Source of the DNA: Calditrichaceae bacterium
GTDB taxonomy: Bacteria > Calditrichota > Calditrichia > Calditrichales > JBFXGD01
Assembly: GCA_050173015.1 (NCBI GenBank)
Contig: JBFXLE010000002.1
Location: forward strand, 192,001 to 256,000
Length of the DNA: 64,000 bases
Direction: 5' to 3'
Shown here: positions 29,368 through 38,229 of the stretch, piece by piece
Position numbering within the stretch: the first letter of the stretch is position 1
Layout: every line of letters starts with the position of its first letter
Translations under genes and position numbers: made by a program
Notes under the pieces: generated by a model
Told to the model about the DNA's origin: nothing
Database searches by the model: none
The model's input: only the letters and a program-made list of their open reading frames with translations

Positions 29368-30528
29368 ATGAAAAAATGGATAATTTTTTCCGTTTTTACC
29401 CTCCTCCTGGTCAACATGGCAGTTGCGGGTGACGAATGGTTTCGTGTATATGAAGAAGGTGTTAATTCCGTTAAAATAGGTGACTATGACACAGCGATTC
29501 TAAAATTTCAGCAGGCGCTAAAAGATCAGCCGGTTGATAAAAGAAAAATCCGAACCTACGGAATGCACTTCATTCAATATTTTCCGCATAGAGAATTGGG
29601 TATTGCATATTTCAATCTTGGGAGAATGGAAGAAGCAAAAAGGCATCTTGCCGTTTCAATGAAACAGGAGCCATCAAAAAGAGCACTGGAATATCTCAAT
29701 AAAATTCGCGGAGGCGATCAGCCCGAAACTCCGGTGCAAAAGGATCCTGAACCTGTAGTGTCCAAAGTTGTTCCACCGGTGATTTCCCCGGTCCCATCGC
29801 GTACTCCTGAAATGATAGTAGGGAAGAAGACTGTAAAATTAGTTGGTGAACGCATGGGTGTGGCTGTTTGGCCCTTTGAAAATAAGGGCGCGAGCAAAGA
29901 TTTGGGTGAAATTGTACTTGATAAAATGATCACGGCTCTTTTTAATCAGGGGCGTTTTCGTGTGATAGAACGGGCGCAGCTCGAAAAAATATTAGATGAG
30001 CAGCAGTTGGGGATGGCCGGAGTAATTGACGCATCCACAGCCGCCGAAATAGGCAAGGGAATCGGCGTGGACGCCATCATCATCGGCAGCGTGGCGGCAG
30101 CGCCATCAGGAGCGATCAGTCTCGACGCTCGCGCGATAGATACGGAATCCGCTACAATAATCATTGCTCATGACGCTTATTCCGGCAGTTCCGACGCGCA
30201 GAGCGTAAAGAATACGGTAGAGAATTTAGCTAATAAATTTACGGAAAGTTTGCCTCTGGTTGAAGGATACATAATCAGACAGGATGAAAATGGGATTATG
30301 CTGGATGTGGGACGTACCGGAGGAATAAAAAAAGGTATGAAATGTGTCGTATATAAAGAAGGAGCAGAAGTAAAACATCCTATTACAGGTGAAGTTTTAG
30401 GTAAAGAAACGAAAATCGTGGCGGAAATTTTAGTCACGGATTCATTCGAAAAATATTCCTCGGCAAGAATTATACAAAATGAACCGGGGCAAATTGTCGC
30501 AATTGGCGATAAATTCCTAACAAAATAA
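29368..30528 (+). CDS. exported protein: TPR + Pro-rich linker + CsgG/HfaB-like domain + FlgT-C-like beta domain
   Basis: Signal peptide; TPR; F.VIER.QLE.IL.EQ and A.EIG...GVDAII.GSV (CsgG/TolB_N-like); HPITGEVLG C-terminal domain. Confidence 0.7.
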   Translation: MKKWIIFSVFTLLLVNMAVAGDEWFRVYEEGVNSVKIGDYDTAILKFQQALKDQPVDKRKIRTYGMHFIQYFPHRELGIAYFNLGRMEEAKRHLAVSMKQEPSKRALEYLNKIRGGDQPETPVQKDPEPVVSKVVPPVISPVPSRTPEMIVGKKTVKLVGERMGVAVWPFENKGASKDLGEIVLDKMITALFNQGRFRVIERAQLEKILDEQQLGMAGVIDASTAAEIGKGIGVDAIIIGSVAAAPSGAISLDARAIDTESATIIIAHDAYSGSSDAQSVKNTVENLANKFTESLPLVEGYIIRQDENGIMLDVGRTGGIKKGMKCVVYKEGAEVKHPITGEVLGKETKIVAEILVTDSFEKYSSARIIQNEPGQIVAIGDKFLTK

Positions 30529-30549
30529 CTTTACGGAGGAGGATTGTTT

Positions 30550-31665
30550 ATGTTTAAGAAGCTACTAGTTGTGACGGCAGTACTGCTGTTATTTGTTTTC
30601 AGCGCTAATGCGAGTGAGTTTAATTTTACGGGGAACGGCGCGCGGGCCGCGGGTATGGGTTATGCTTTTACCGGTGTGGCTGATGACGCGACCGCTATCT
30701 CATGGAATTCTGCCGGATTAACGCAGCTTTACAGCATGGAAGCCAGTGTTATCGGCCGCTTGGGATTTGGTACCTATACTTATTCTGATCTCGATGATGC
30801 TCCTGATATAACCGAGTCATCAAAATTTCAGTTAAATTTCTTAAGTATTGTAATGCCATTCAATGTCGCAAATTACAAGGTCGTCGGCGGCATCGCCTTC
30901 AGAAATATTTATGATTTCAACAGTGAACTTACATTTGATTTTGACGGTACAGAGTACCTCTTTGCAAATGAAGGCGGAATTAATGCCATCACGCCTTCTG
31001 TTGCTGTTCAGATAAATGAAATGTTCTCGGTGGGCGCGGCGCTGAATATTTATACCGGCAGCGAAGATTATCATGAAGAAATAGATGGCAATACAACTTA
31101 TGAAGGAACAACGACCGATTATTCAGGCACATCCATTGATATCGGTATATTGGTAAAGCCGAGCAGTAAATTCTCCTTGGGCGCGAATTTGAATCTTCCA
31201 AACACAATTACTTCCGACACAGACGGGTATGAATACGATATCGATGTTCCTCTGTTTTACAGTATCGGTTTAGCTTACCGGGCAACTGATAATCTTTTAC
31301 TCGCGCTTGATTTCCATAGTAGAAACTGGTCCAACTCAGATCTTTTTGCTGATTCCGAAGTCGATGTGGATCTCAATTCGCTTCATTTCGGTATTGAATA
31401 TTTGGCTCAAAGTGGTAGTTCTGTGATTCCTTTGCGTCTTGGCTTCCACACAAATCCTCTTTTTGAATGGGATAAAAACGGTGATCAGGTTGTAAATCCG
31501 GTTATCACTCTTGGCGCCGGAATTATCATGAATAAATTCATTTTGGATGCGGCGTTCGAATATGAACCGGCTTCCTATGAATTTGAAGATTCATTTGCTT
31601 CATATACTGTTGAACAAAACAGTTTCCGTTTTACTATTGGCGGTACGATTCACTTTGGTAAATAA
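30550..31665 (+). CDS. outer-membrane beta-barrel protein, FadL/OmpP1/PorV-like
   Basis: Signal peptide; GARAAGMGYAFTGVADDATAISWNSAGL hatch motif; alternating beta-strands; C-terminal aromatic residue (HFGK). Confidence 0.8.
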   Translation: MFKKLLVVTAVLLLFVFSANASEFNFTGNGARAAGMGYAFTGVADDATAISWNSAGLTQLYSMEASVIGRLGFGTYTYSDLDDAPDITESSKFQLNFLSIVMPFNVANYKVVGGIAFRNIYDFNSELTFDFDGTEYLFANEGGINAITPSVAVQINEMFSVGAALNIYTGSEDYHEEIDGNTTYEGTTTDYSGTSIDIGILVKPSSKFSLGANLNLPNTITSDTDGYEYDIDVPLFYSIGLAYRATDNLLLALDFHSRNWSNSDLFADSEVDVDLNSLHFGIEYLAQSGSSVIPLRLGFHTNPLFEWDKNGDQVVNPVITLGAGIIMNKFILDAAFEYEPASYEFEDSFASYTVEQNSFRFTIGGTIHFGK

Positions 31666-31678
31666 TCATTTAAAAATA

Positions 31679-31710
31679 AAGGGGATACCATAAGTATCCC
31701 CTTATTTTTT
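31679..31710 (+). terminator. intrinsic terminator
   Basis: AAGGGGATAC/GTATCCCCTT stem with a T tail. Confidence 0.8.
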
Positions 31711-31757
31711 ATACAGTTAAATGTACTGCTTTTTAAATTTCTCTCTTTAATTTTGCC

Positions 31758-31786
31758 TTGCCTTTAACCGGAAAGATAATTAAATT
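31758..31786 (+). promoter_or_regulatory. promoter of tRNA-Arg (TTGCCT-N17-TAAATT)
   Basis: 17-nt spacing; ends 14 nt before the tRNA. Confidence 0.6.
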
Positions 31787-31800
31787 AAATGTTTTTAATT

Positions 31801-31874
31801 GCCCCTGTAGCTCAGATGGATAGAGCAGAGGCTTCCTAAGCCTTGTGTCGGGAGTTCGAATCTCTCCAGGGGTA
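31801..31874 (+). tRNA. tRNA-Arg(CCT)
   Basis: Cloverleaf with GCCCCTG/CAGGGGT acceptor stem, anticodon arm GAGGC-TT-CCT-AA-GCCTT and GTTCGAATC T-loop. No encoded CCA. Confidence 0.95.
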
Positions 31875-31923
31875 CTTATTTTGATGACAAACCCCATTGA
31901 AAACTGAAATCAAAGGAGTCATA

Positions 31924-32601
31924 ATGCTGAAGCCGAAGAAAAAGTTAAGCAAAAAAGAAATCAAGCAGGATAAATTTGTTAAAATCGCTTTGGAAGCAAA
32001 GTCTTATGTAGATGAAAATTATAAGCAGGTTGTTGGCACAACCCTGGCCGTTTTTGGGGTGTTCGTATTAATTATGATTTATGTTTATGTGCATAATCAA
32101 AATGTTGAGGAAGCGACGACGCTGCTTGGAAAAGCGCAATTGGAATTTCAAGCCATGAACTACGATTTGTCAAAGACTTTTCTAAATGAACTTACATCCG
32201 AATATTCCGGAACCGATGCGGCAGATCAGGGCAGATTTTTACTTGCCAATATTTATTTTGAAGAAGACAACATACCTTACGCAAAAAAAATGTATAAAGA
32301 ATTTGTAGATTCCTACAGTAAAAGCTCAATCTTACTTGCTTCAGGATATGCCGGATATGCGGCTTGTTTACAACGTGAAAAAAACTACGATGAAGCAGCT
32401 GCCAATTATGTCAAGGCTCAGAAACAATCACCGGAATTTGTCGAAGCGGCCGGCTATCTGTTCCTTGCTGGAAAAGCCTATGAATCAGCAGGAAAAATTG
32501 ATAAAGCCAGAGAGATATTCGAAAAAATCACTATTGATTATAAGGACTACGATCAGGCGGACAACGCAATGGCTGAGCTCATTTTTCTGAATAAGAAGTA
32601 A
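31924..32601 (+). CDS. membrane-anchored TPR protein (YfgM-like)
   Basis: Basic N-terminus KKEIKQDKFV, a single TM, then TPRs. ATG 31924 follows an AAGGAG SD. Confidence 0.75.
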   Translation: MLKPKKKLSKKEIKQDKFVKIALEAKSYVDENYKQVVGTTLAVFGVFVLIMIYVYVHNQNVEEATTLLGKAQLEFQAMNYDLSKTFLNELTSEYSGTDAADQGRFLLANIYFEEDNIPYAKKMYKEFVDSYSKSSILLASGYAGYAACLQREKNYDEAAANYVKAQKQSPEFVEAAGYLFLAGKAYESAGKIDKAREIFEKITIDYKDYDQADNAMAELIFLNKK

Positions 32602-32603
32602 TT

Positions 32604-33800
32604 ATGGATATCTTTGAAAAAGAACAAAAATATTTTTTAAATGTATATAAGCGCTTTCCTCTTGATATCGACAAAGGTGATGGTGTTTACCTTTACGACA
32701 AGAGCGGTAAAAAATATTTAGATTTTCTTTCGGGTATCGCTGTAAATGCCCTCGGTTATAATCACCCGGCGATTCTTGAGGCAATCAAACGTCAGTTAAA
32801 TCGGAATTTGCATCTTAGTAATTATTTTATTCAGGATATTCAGATTGATCTTGCCGAACGCCTCCTAAGTCTTACCCCATTCTCGAAAGTCTTTTTTTCA
32901 AACAGTGGAACAGAGGCCATAGAAGGACTTCTTAAGCTTGTAAAAAAATGGGGCCACAGTAACAATAAAAACGAAATCATCGCCTTTGAAGGAAGTTTCC
33001 ACGGCAGAAGTCTTGGAGCGCTGTCTATTACTCTTCAGGAAAAATATCAGAAAAACTTTCAGCCATTGCTTTCGGGAATAAAACTCGTGCGATTTAATGA
33101 TGTGAAGTCATTTGAAGAAACAATTAATGAGCGCACAGCAGCGGTTTTCTTTGAAGGAATTGCAGGAGAGGGAGGCGTCAAGCCTCTTTCCAAGGAAATT
33201 GTTAAAGCCATGACCATCGGAAGAGAAAAGTATGGATATCTGCTGATTGCGGACGAAATACAGACTGGTGTCGGCAGAACGGGTAAATTTTATTATCATG
33301 AGTATCTTGAATTTATCCCGGATGCCATCGCAACGGCAAAAGGACTTGGCGGAGGGCTGCCACTGGGGGCATTTTTAGTTAATCAAAAACTGGAAAATGT
33401 ATTTGATAAGGGTGAGCACGGCACTACTTATGGTGGAAATCCGCTCGCGTGCGCCGCGGGGTTAGCCGCCGTCAATACGGTTTCAAAAGAGTCCTTTCTG
33501 CGCGATGTCCGTGAAAACGGGCAATATTTTATGGAATGCCTGAACAATCTGATGTCTGAGTTTAGTGATTATTTGCGTGATGTTCGCGGTAGAGGGCTGA
33601 TGCTCGGGTTGGAAGTTAAAGGTGACGCGGAAGAAATAATGAAAGAGTCGATCGGGCAGGGACTAATTTTTAATGTCGCCGGTGGTAAGACATTGAGATT
33701 TGTGCCTCCCTTAATTGTTCAAAAATCAGATATTGATACAGCCTGTCAGATATTACAGGATGTTTTTAGAAAAATATTTAAACAGAAAACCCACATTTAG
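32604..33800 (+). CDS. argD: acetylornithine/succinylornithine aminotransferase (class III PLP)
   Basis: YLDFLSGIAVNALG, NSGTEA, FHGRS, DEIQTG, AKGLGGG, HGTTYGGNP motifs. Confidence 0.88.
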   Translation: MDIFEKEQKYFLNVYKRFPLDIDKGDGVYLYDKSGKKYLDFLSGIAVNALGYNHPAILEAIKRQLNRNLHLSNYFIQDIQIDLAERLLSLTPFSKVFFSNSGTEAIEGLLKLVKKWGHSNNKNEIIAFEGSFHGRSLGALSITLQEKYQKNFQPLLSGIKLVRFNDVKSFEETINERTAAVFFEGIAGEGGVKPLSKEIVKAMTIGREKYGYLLIADEIQTGVGRTGKFYYHEYLEFIPDAIATAKGLGGGLPLGAFLVNQKLENVFDKGEHGTTYGGNPLACAAGLAAVNTVSKESFLRDVRENGQYFMECLNNLMSEFSDYLRDVRGRGLMLGLEVKGDAEEIMKESIGQGLIFNVAGGKTLRFVPPLIVQKSDIDTACQILQDVFRKIFKQKTHI

Positions 33801-33802
33801 GA

Positions 33803-34774
33803 ATGCCTGCTTTGTTTTTTGAATTCGGGATATTTGGATCACTGATCAGTGCCTCATTATCCATTTTTATGGTAAGTTTTCTGCATCATATGTTAAGCAA
33901 ATCGCATCTAACCAATCAAGTTAAAAGCAATGGAAATTCCTCGGATAAGGATAATAATCGACGTGTTCTGTATCTACGATTATTGTTTTTTTTCCTGATC
34001 ATCCTAATCTTGTCAAAGTTTTTAACCGTTTTCATTTTTCCAATGGAAATATCAACTCGCGATTTTAAACCCGATCTGGATATGATGACTATCGCATTAT
34101 ATACCGGAAACATCATTATCCTTTTTGTGATTATTTTCCTGGCATTTGTGATTTCATACTACTTTAGAATTAACACCGATCATAAAATTTCTTTTCTTAG
34201 AAAATCATTGCGTACTCTGAAATATTTTCTGATTTTCGATATCGCCTATTTGGTTTTGTTTATTGTAAGCGTTGATTATTATCTTTTAGTGAATAATTCC
34301 GCTCAACGGATTCTTGATTATAAAAATTTTCAAAATTGGCCGTATAAGCTTGAAATTGCCTCAGGATTATTCATATCAATACTTCTTTACAGTTTATTAT
34401 ATCATCGCTTTCAAAAACGAAGAACATTGTTAAATTTTAGAATTTATGGTATTTTTCTTGTCTTATCTCTATTGTTAAGCCTGTACCTGATATTAACTCA
34501 TACTGCTTCACAGGCCGGTTCAGCGCAGTCCTTTATCGAACTGTTTAGTTACAGGAGAGGGTTTACCGGACTATTGTGGGTATTCATCTTTTTGTTGGGT
34601 GTCAGTAGTCAATTATTCAGCTTATTAATATTATCAATAAAAAATACTGTAATTAATTTACAGTTAAATATGAACTATATTCTGCAATTAAACCGGGTCG
34701 CATATTTCAGTACCATTGGAATAAGCGCTCTGGCCCTAATGCCGGTTGCCCTGGAGTTGTTTTACCGGTATTAA
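33803..34774 (+). CDS. hypothetical polytopic membrane protein
   Basis: 323-aa ORF filling the gap between argD and the ABC ATPase, with multiple hydrophobic segments. No family recognised. Confidence 0.65.
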   Translation: MPALFFEFGIFGSLISASLSIFMVSFLHHMLSKSHLTNQVKSNGNSSDKDNNRRVLYLRLLFFFLIILILSKFLTVFIFPMEISTRDFKPDLDMMTIALYTGNIIILFVIIFLAFVISYYFRINTDHKISFLRKSLRTLKYFLIFDIAYLVLFIVSVDYYLLVNNSAQRILDYKNFQNWPYKLEIASGLFISILLYSLLYHRFQKRRTLLNFRIYGIFLVLSLLLSLYLILTHTASQAGSAQSFIELFSYRRGFTGLLWVFIFLLGVSSQLFSLLILSIKNTVINLQLNMNYILQLNRVAYFSTIGISALALMPVALELFYRY

Positions 34775-34794
34775 TAAAGACCTGAGGATAAAAC

Positions 34795-35889
34795 ATGGCG
34801 TCAGTTCAGTTAAATAGTATCAGCAAAGTATATGATAAGGATGTAACCGCTGTCAGTAAAGCGGATCTGGAGATCAAAGACAAAGAATTTATTGTTCTCG
34901 TCGGGCCATCCGGCTGTGGAAAATCTACTTTGTTAAGAATGATTGCCGGTCTGGAGGAAATTAGCGACGGTGAAATTTTAATTGGTGATAAAGTCGTGAA
35001 TGATATTCCTCCAAAGGACCGAAACATTGCCATGGTTTTTCAAAATTACGCGTTGTATCCACATATGACAGTTTTCGACAATATGGCTTTTGGGCTAAAA
35101 TTAAGAAAATTTCCCGATGACCAGATAAAAAAGAGAGTTTCAGAAGCAGCCGAATTACTCGGGATCAGGGAATATCTCGATCGGAAGCCGAAAGCCTTAT
35201 CGGGCGGGCAAAGACAGCGGGTAGCGGTGGGAAGAGCAATCGTCAGAAAGCCGGAAGTGTTTTTATTTGATGAACCATTGAGTAATCTTGATGCAAAGCT
35301 GAGAGTTCAGATGCGTATTGAGATAAAAAAATTACACCGGCGTCTTGGCGCAACGATGATTTATGTAACACACGATCAGGTGGAAGCAATGACCATGGGG
35401 GACCGCATTGTTGTAATGAGGGATGGGCTTATCCAGCAAATCGACACGCCATTAAATATATATAATAAACCGGTGAATGTTTTTGTCGCGGGTTTTATTG
35501 GAAGTCCCGCCATGAATTTTTTTAAAGGAAAGCTTGAAATAGGTGATCAAATTTATTTTTCATCAAACGGATTTCAGGTGAAACTTGGTAAGGAGTCTTC
35601 AGGTTTGCTCTCAGATTATAATCGCGCGGATATAATTATGGGAATACGCCCGGAACACATTGTTAATGGAATTTCTGATCATAAACAATCGTCTGCCGTC
35701 AATACAGAAGTTGAAGTAATAGAATCAATGGGGAATGAGACTTATGTTTATATGAAAACCGGCGATTCAAATCTGGTTATGAGAAGCACTTCATCCGGTG
35801 AGATTGAACTGGGAAGCAAAATTGATATCTTTTTCGATTTAACAAAAATACATTTTTTTGATCCTAAAACTGAAACCGCCATCTTATGA
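34795..35889 (+). CDS. carbohydrate ABC transporter ATP-binding protein (MalK/UgpC/MsmX type)
   Basis: GPSGCGKS, FQNYALYPHM, LSGGQRQR, DEPLSNLD, FIGSP motifs; C-terminal TOBE/OB domain. Confidence 0.95.
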   Translation: MASVQLNSISKVYDKDVTAVSKADLEIKDKEFIVLVGPSGCGKSTLLRMIAGLEEISDGEILIGDKVVNDIPPKDRNIAMVFQNYALYPHMTVFDNMAFGLKLRKFPDDQIKKRVSEAAELLGIREYLDRKPKALSGGQRQRVAVGRAIVRKPEVFLFDEPLSNLDAKLRVQMRIEIKKLHRRLGATMIYVTHDQVEAMTMGDRIVVMRDGLIQQIDTPLNIYNKPVNVFVAGFIGSPAMNFFKGKLEIGDQIYFSSNGFQVKLGKESSGLLSDYNRADIIMGIRPEHIVNGISDHKQSSAVNTEVEVIESMGNETYVYMKTGDSNLVMRSTSSGEIELGSKIDIFFDLTKIHFFDPKTETAIL

Positions 35890-35944
35890 AAGCGTTTATT
35901 GATATAGCGTATTTCTGGCTATTGTAGAAATTAAGGAGACTGAT

Positions 35945-37324
35945 ATGAAATTCCCTGCAGAACCATTTAGGATAAAGGTAGTCGAGCCGATAAAAACAAC
36001 CACAAAGGAAGAGCGGGAAAGGCTTATAAAAGAAGCCGGATATAATTTATTTTTAATTCCCGCGGAATCGATTTTTATTGATCTGCTCACGGATTCGGGC
36101 ACTTCGGCAATGAGTGATAATCAATGGGCCGGAATAATGATGGGAGACGAATCATATGCAGGAAGTAAAAATTATTATCATTTTGAAGAAACAGTTCAGC
36201 ATATTTTCGGATTTAAACATGTAATCCCTACACATCAGGGCCGCGTCGCTGAAAATCTACTCTTTTCAACCATTCTTAAGGAGGGGGATGTAGTCCCGAA
36301 TAATATCCATTTTGACACAACGCGCGCGAATGTTGAACACAATAAGGCAAAAGCGCTGGACTGTGTAATCGATGAAGGGCTGGATCCGGATTCAGAATAT
36401 CCGTTCAAAGGTAATATTGATATAAAAAAATTAGAAAACGCCATTGAAAGCTACGGAAAAGAGCGTATTCCCTTAATCATGATTACAATAACAAATAACA
36501 GCGGTGGCGGGCAACCCGTTGCCATGGAAAACATCCGGTCGGTGAGCGCGCTGGCAAAGAAACACGGAATACCTTTGTTTTTTGATGCCTGCCGTTTCGC
36601 CGAAAACTGTTATTTCATAAAACAACGCGAGAAGGGCTATGAAAACAAGTCTATCTTAGAAATCGCGAGAGAATTGTTCAGCTATGGTGATGGCTGCACA
36701 ATGAGCGCGAAAAAAGATGGCCTGGTGAATATTGGCGGATTTTTATCCCTGAACGACTCAAAACTCTCTGAAAAAATTACTAATATGCTGATCCTGATAG
36801 AAGGTTTCTCCACCTATGGTGGCCTTGCCGGAAGAGATTTGGAAGCGATTTCACGGGGATTAAGGGAGGTATTGCAGGAAGATTACCTGGAATTCCGTAT
36901 CAATCAAACCCGGTATCTTGGTGAGATGCTGATGGAACAAGGCATCCCGATAGTAAAACCGGTCGGCGGACACGCTGTTTATATTGACGCGAAAAGATTT
37001 TTACCGCATATTCCACAATCTCAATTTCCGGGACAAGCGTTAATTGTCGCGCTATATACGGAAGCGGGGATCCGGGCCGTTGAAATAGGAAGTCTTATGT
37101 TTGCGCATAATGATCATGAATCAGGTAAAACGGTATATCCGGAGCTTGAACTCGTCCGGCTTGCCATTCCAAGAAGAGTTTACACCAGTATGCACATGCA
37201 ATACGTTGCTGAATCAATCGCAGAGCTTTACCGGAATCGCAATCATCTGAAGGGACTGACCATTGAATATGCGCCGGATTTTTTAAGACATTTCACTGCT
37301 CGTCTAAAACCGCTGGAAAATTAA
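35945..37324 (+). CDS. tnaA: tryptophanase
   Basis: EPFRIK, DLLTDSGT and the PLP-lysine motif MSAKKD. AVEIGS and LRHFTARL are TnaA-type rather than tyrosine phenol-lyase-type residues. Confidence 0.88.
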   Translation: MKFPAEPFRIKVVEPIKTTTKEERERLIKEAGYNLFLIPAESIFIDLLTDSGTSAMSDNQWAGIMMGDESYAGSKNYYHFEETVQHIFGFKHVIPTHQGRVAENLLFSTILKEGDVVPNNIHFDTTRANVEHNKAKALDCVIDEGLDPDSEYPFKGNIDIKKLENAIESYGKERIPLIMITITNNSGGGQPVAMENIRSVSALAKKHGIPLFFDACRFAENCYFIKQREKGYENKSILEIARELFSYGDGCTMSAKKDGLVNIGGFLSLNDSKLSEKITNMLILIEGFSTYGGLAGRDLEAISRGLREVLQEDYLEFRINQTRYLGEMLMEQGIPIVKPVGGHAVYIDAKRFLPHIPQSQFPGQALIVALYTEAGIRAVEIGSLMFAHNDHESGKTVYPELELVRLAIPRRVYTSMHMQYVAESIAELYRNRNHLKGLTIEYAPDFLRHFTARLKPLEN

Positions 37325-37456
37325 AATTTTATATGGGGTTATTCTCTTGATCTGAAGTCAAAATTTTGTTTTATTAAAAAAGTACCTGCATTCATAAAAA
37401 AAATAACAAGATGGAACTTGTTAACTGTTGTTTTTTGATAAACGGAGATAAACCGG

Positions 37457-38197
37457 ATGTTTTCTGAAAAATTATTACTTCGCCTAAAACACGCGTCTCA
37501 GCTGACAATCATGACCGGAGCGGGCGTCTCGGCAGAGAGTGGGGTGCCGACATTCAGAGGTAAGGATGGGCTTTGGAATAACTATGATGTCCAGCAACTT
37601 GCTACACCGCAATCTCTTCGAGATAATACTGAAATTTTCTGGAAATTTTATAACTGGCGGCGGGAGCTTCTGGAGAAAGTGAAGCCTAATCTGGGACATT
37701 ATGCCTTAGTGGATATGGAAAACTTTTTTGAGCATTTTACGTTGATAACGCAAAATGTTGACAATTTACACAGAATCGCCGGGAATAAAAATGTCCTGGA
37801 GATTCACGGTAATATTATGAATTCTTACTGTATTGACTGTGGTGAGCGTATTGAGGGGATTGACGGATTCCCAAAGACGGAATCCATACCCAGATGTCAT
37901 CAATGCGGTGGTTTTATGAGACCGGATGTTGTTTTATTCGGGGAACATTTGGATCCGCAACGATTACACCAGGCTCAGGAGGCTGCCGCGACCTGTGAAG
38001 TGTTCCTCTCAATTGGTACTTCAGCTGTCGTGGAACCTGCTGCGTCTCTGCCCTATATTGCTAAGGGAAACGGAGCATACATAGTGGAAATAAATGCGGA
38101 AAAAACTCCTTTAACAGATAACGCGGATGAATCACTGATAGGTCAAACGGGGAAAATACTGCCTTTGTTGATCATGGCGCTGGATAAAATGCGTTAA
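37457..38197 (+). CDS. cobB: NAD-dependent protein deacylase (sirtuin, class III)
   Basis: GAGVSAESGVPTFR, YNWR, TQNVDNLH, HG, two CxxC, RPDVVLFGE, GTS motifs. Confidence 0.92.
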   Translation: MFSEKLLLRLKHASQLTIMTGAGVSAESGVPTFRGKDGLWNNYDVQQLATPQSLRDNTEIFWKFYNWRRELLEKVKPNLGHYALVDMENFFEHFTLITQNVDNLHRIAGNKNVLEIHGNIMNSYCIDCGERIEGIDGFPKTESIPRCHQCGGFMRPDVVLFGEHLDPQRLHQAQEAAATCEVFLSIGTSAVVEPAASLPYIAKGNGAYIVEINAEKTPLTDNADESLIGQTGKILPLLIMALDKMR

Positions 38198-38229
38198 CAA
38201 AAAATCCACTTATTTAGGACTGATCTCTA

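Noticed and set aside
35945-37324. Tyrosine phenol-lyase call, and a tnaC-type leader
   Set aside because: SAKKD, EIGS and LRHFT are tryptophanase-type residues. The 55-bp upstream gap has no convincing Trp leader peptide.
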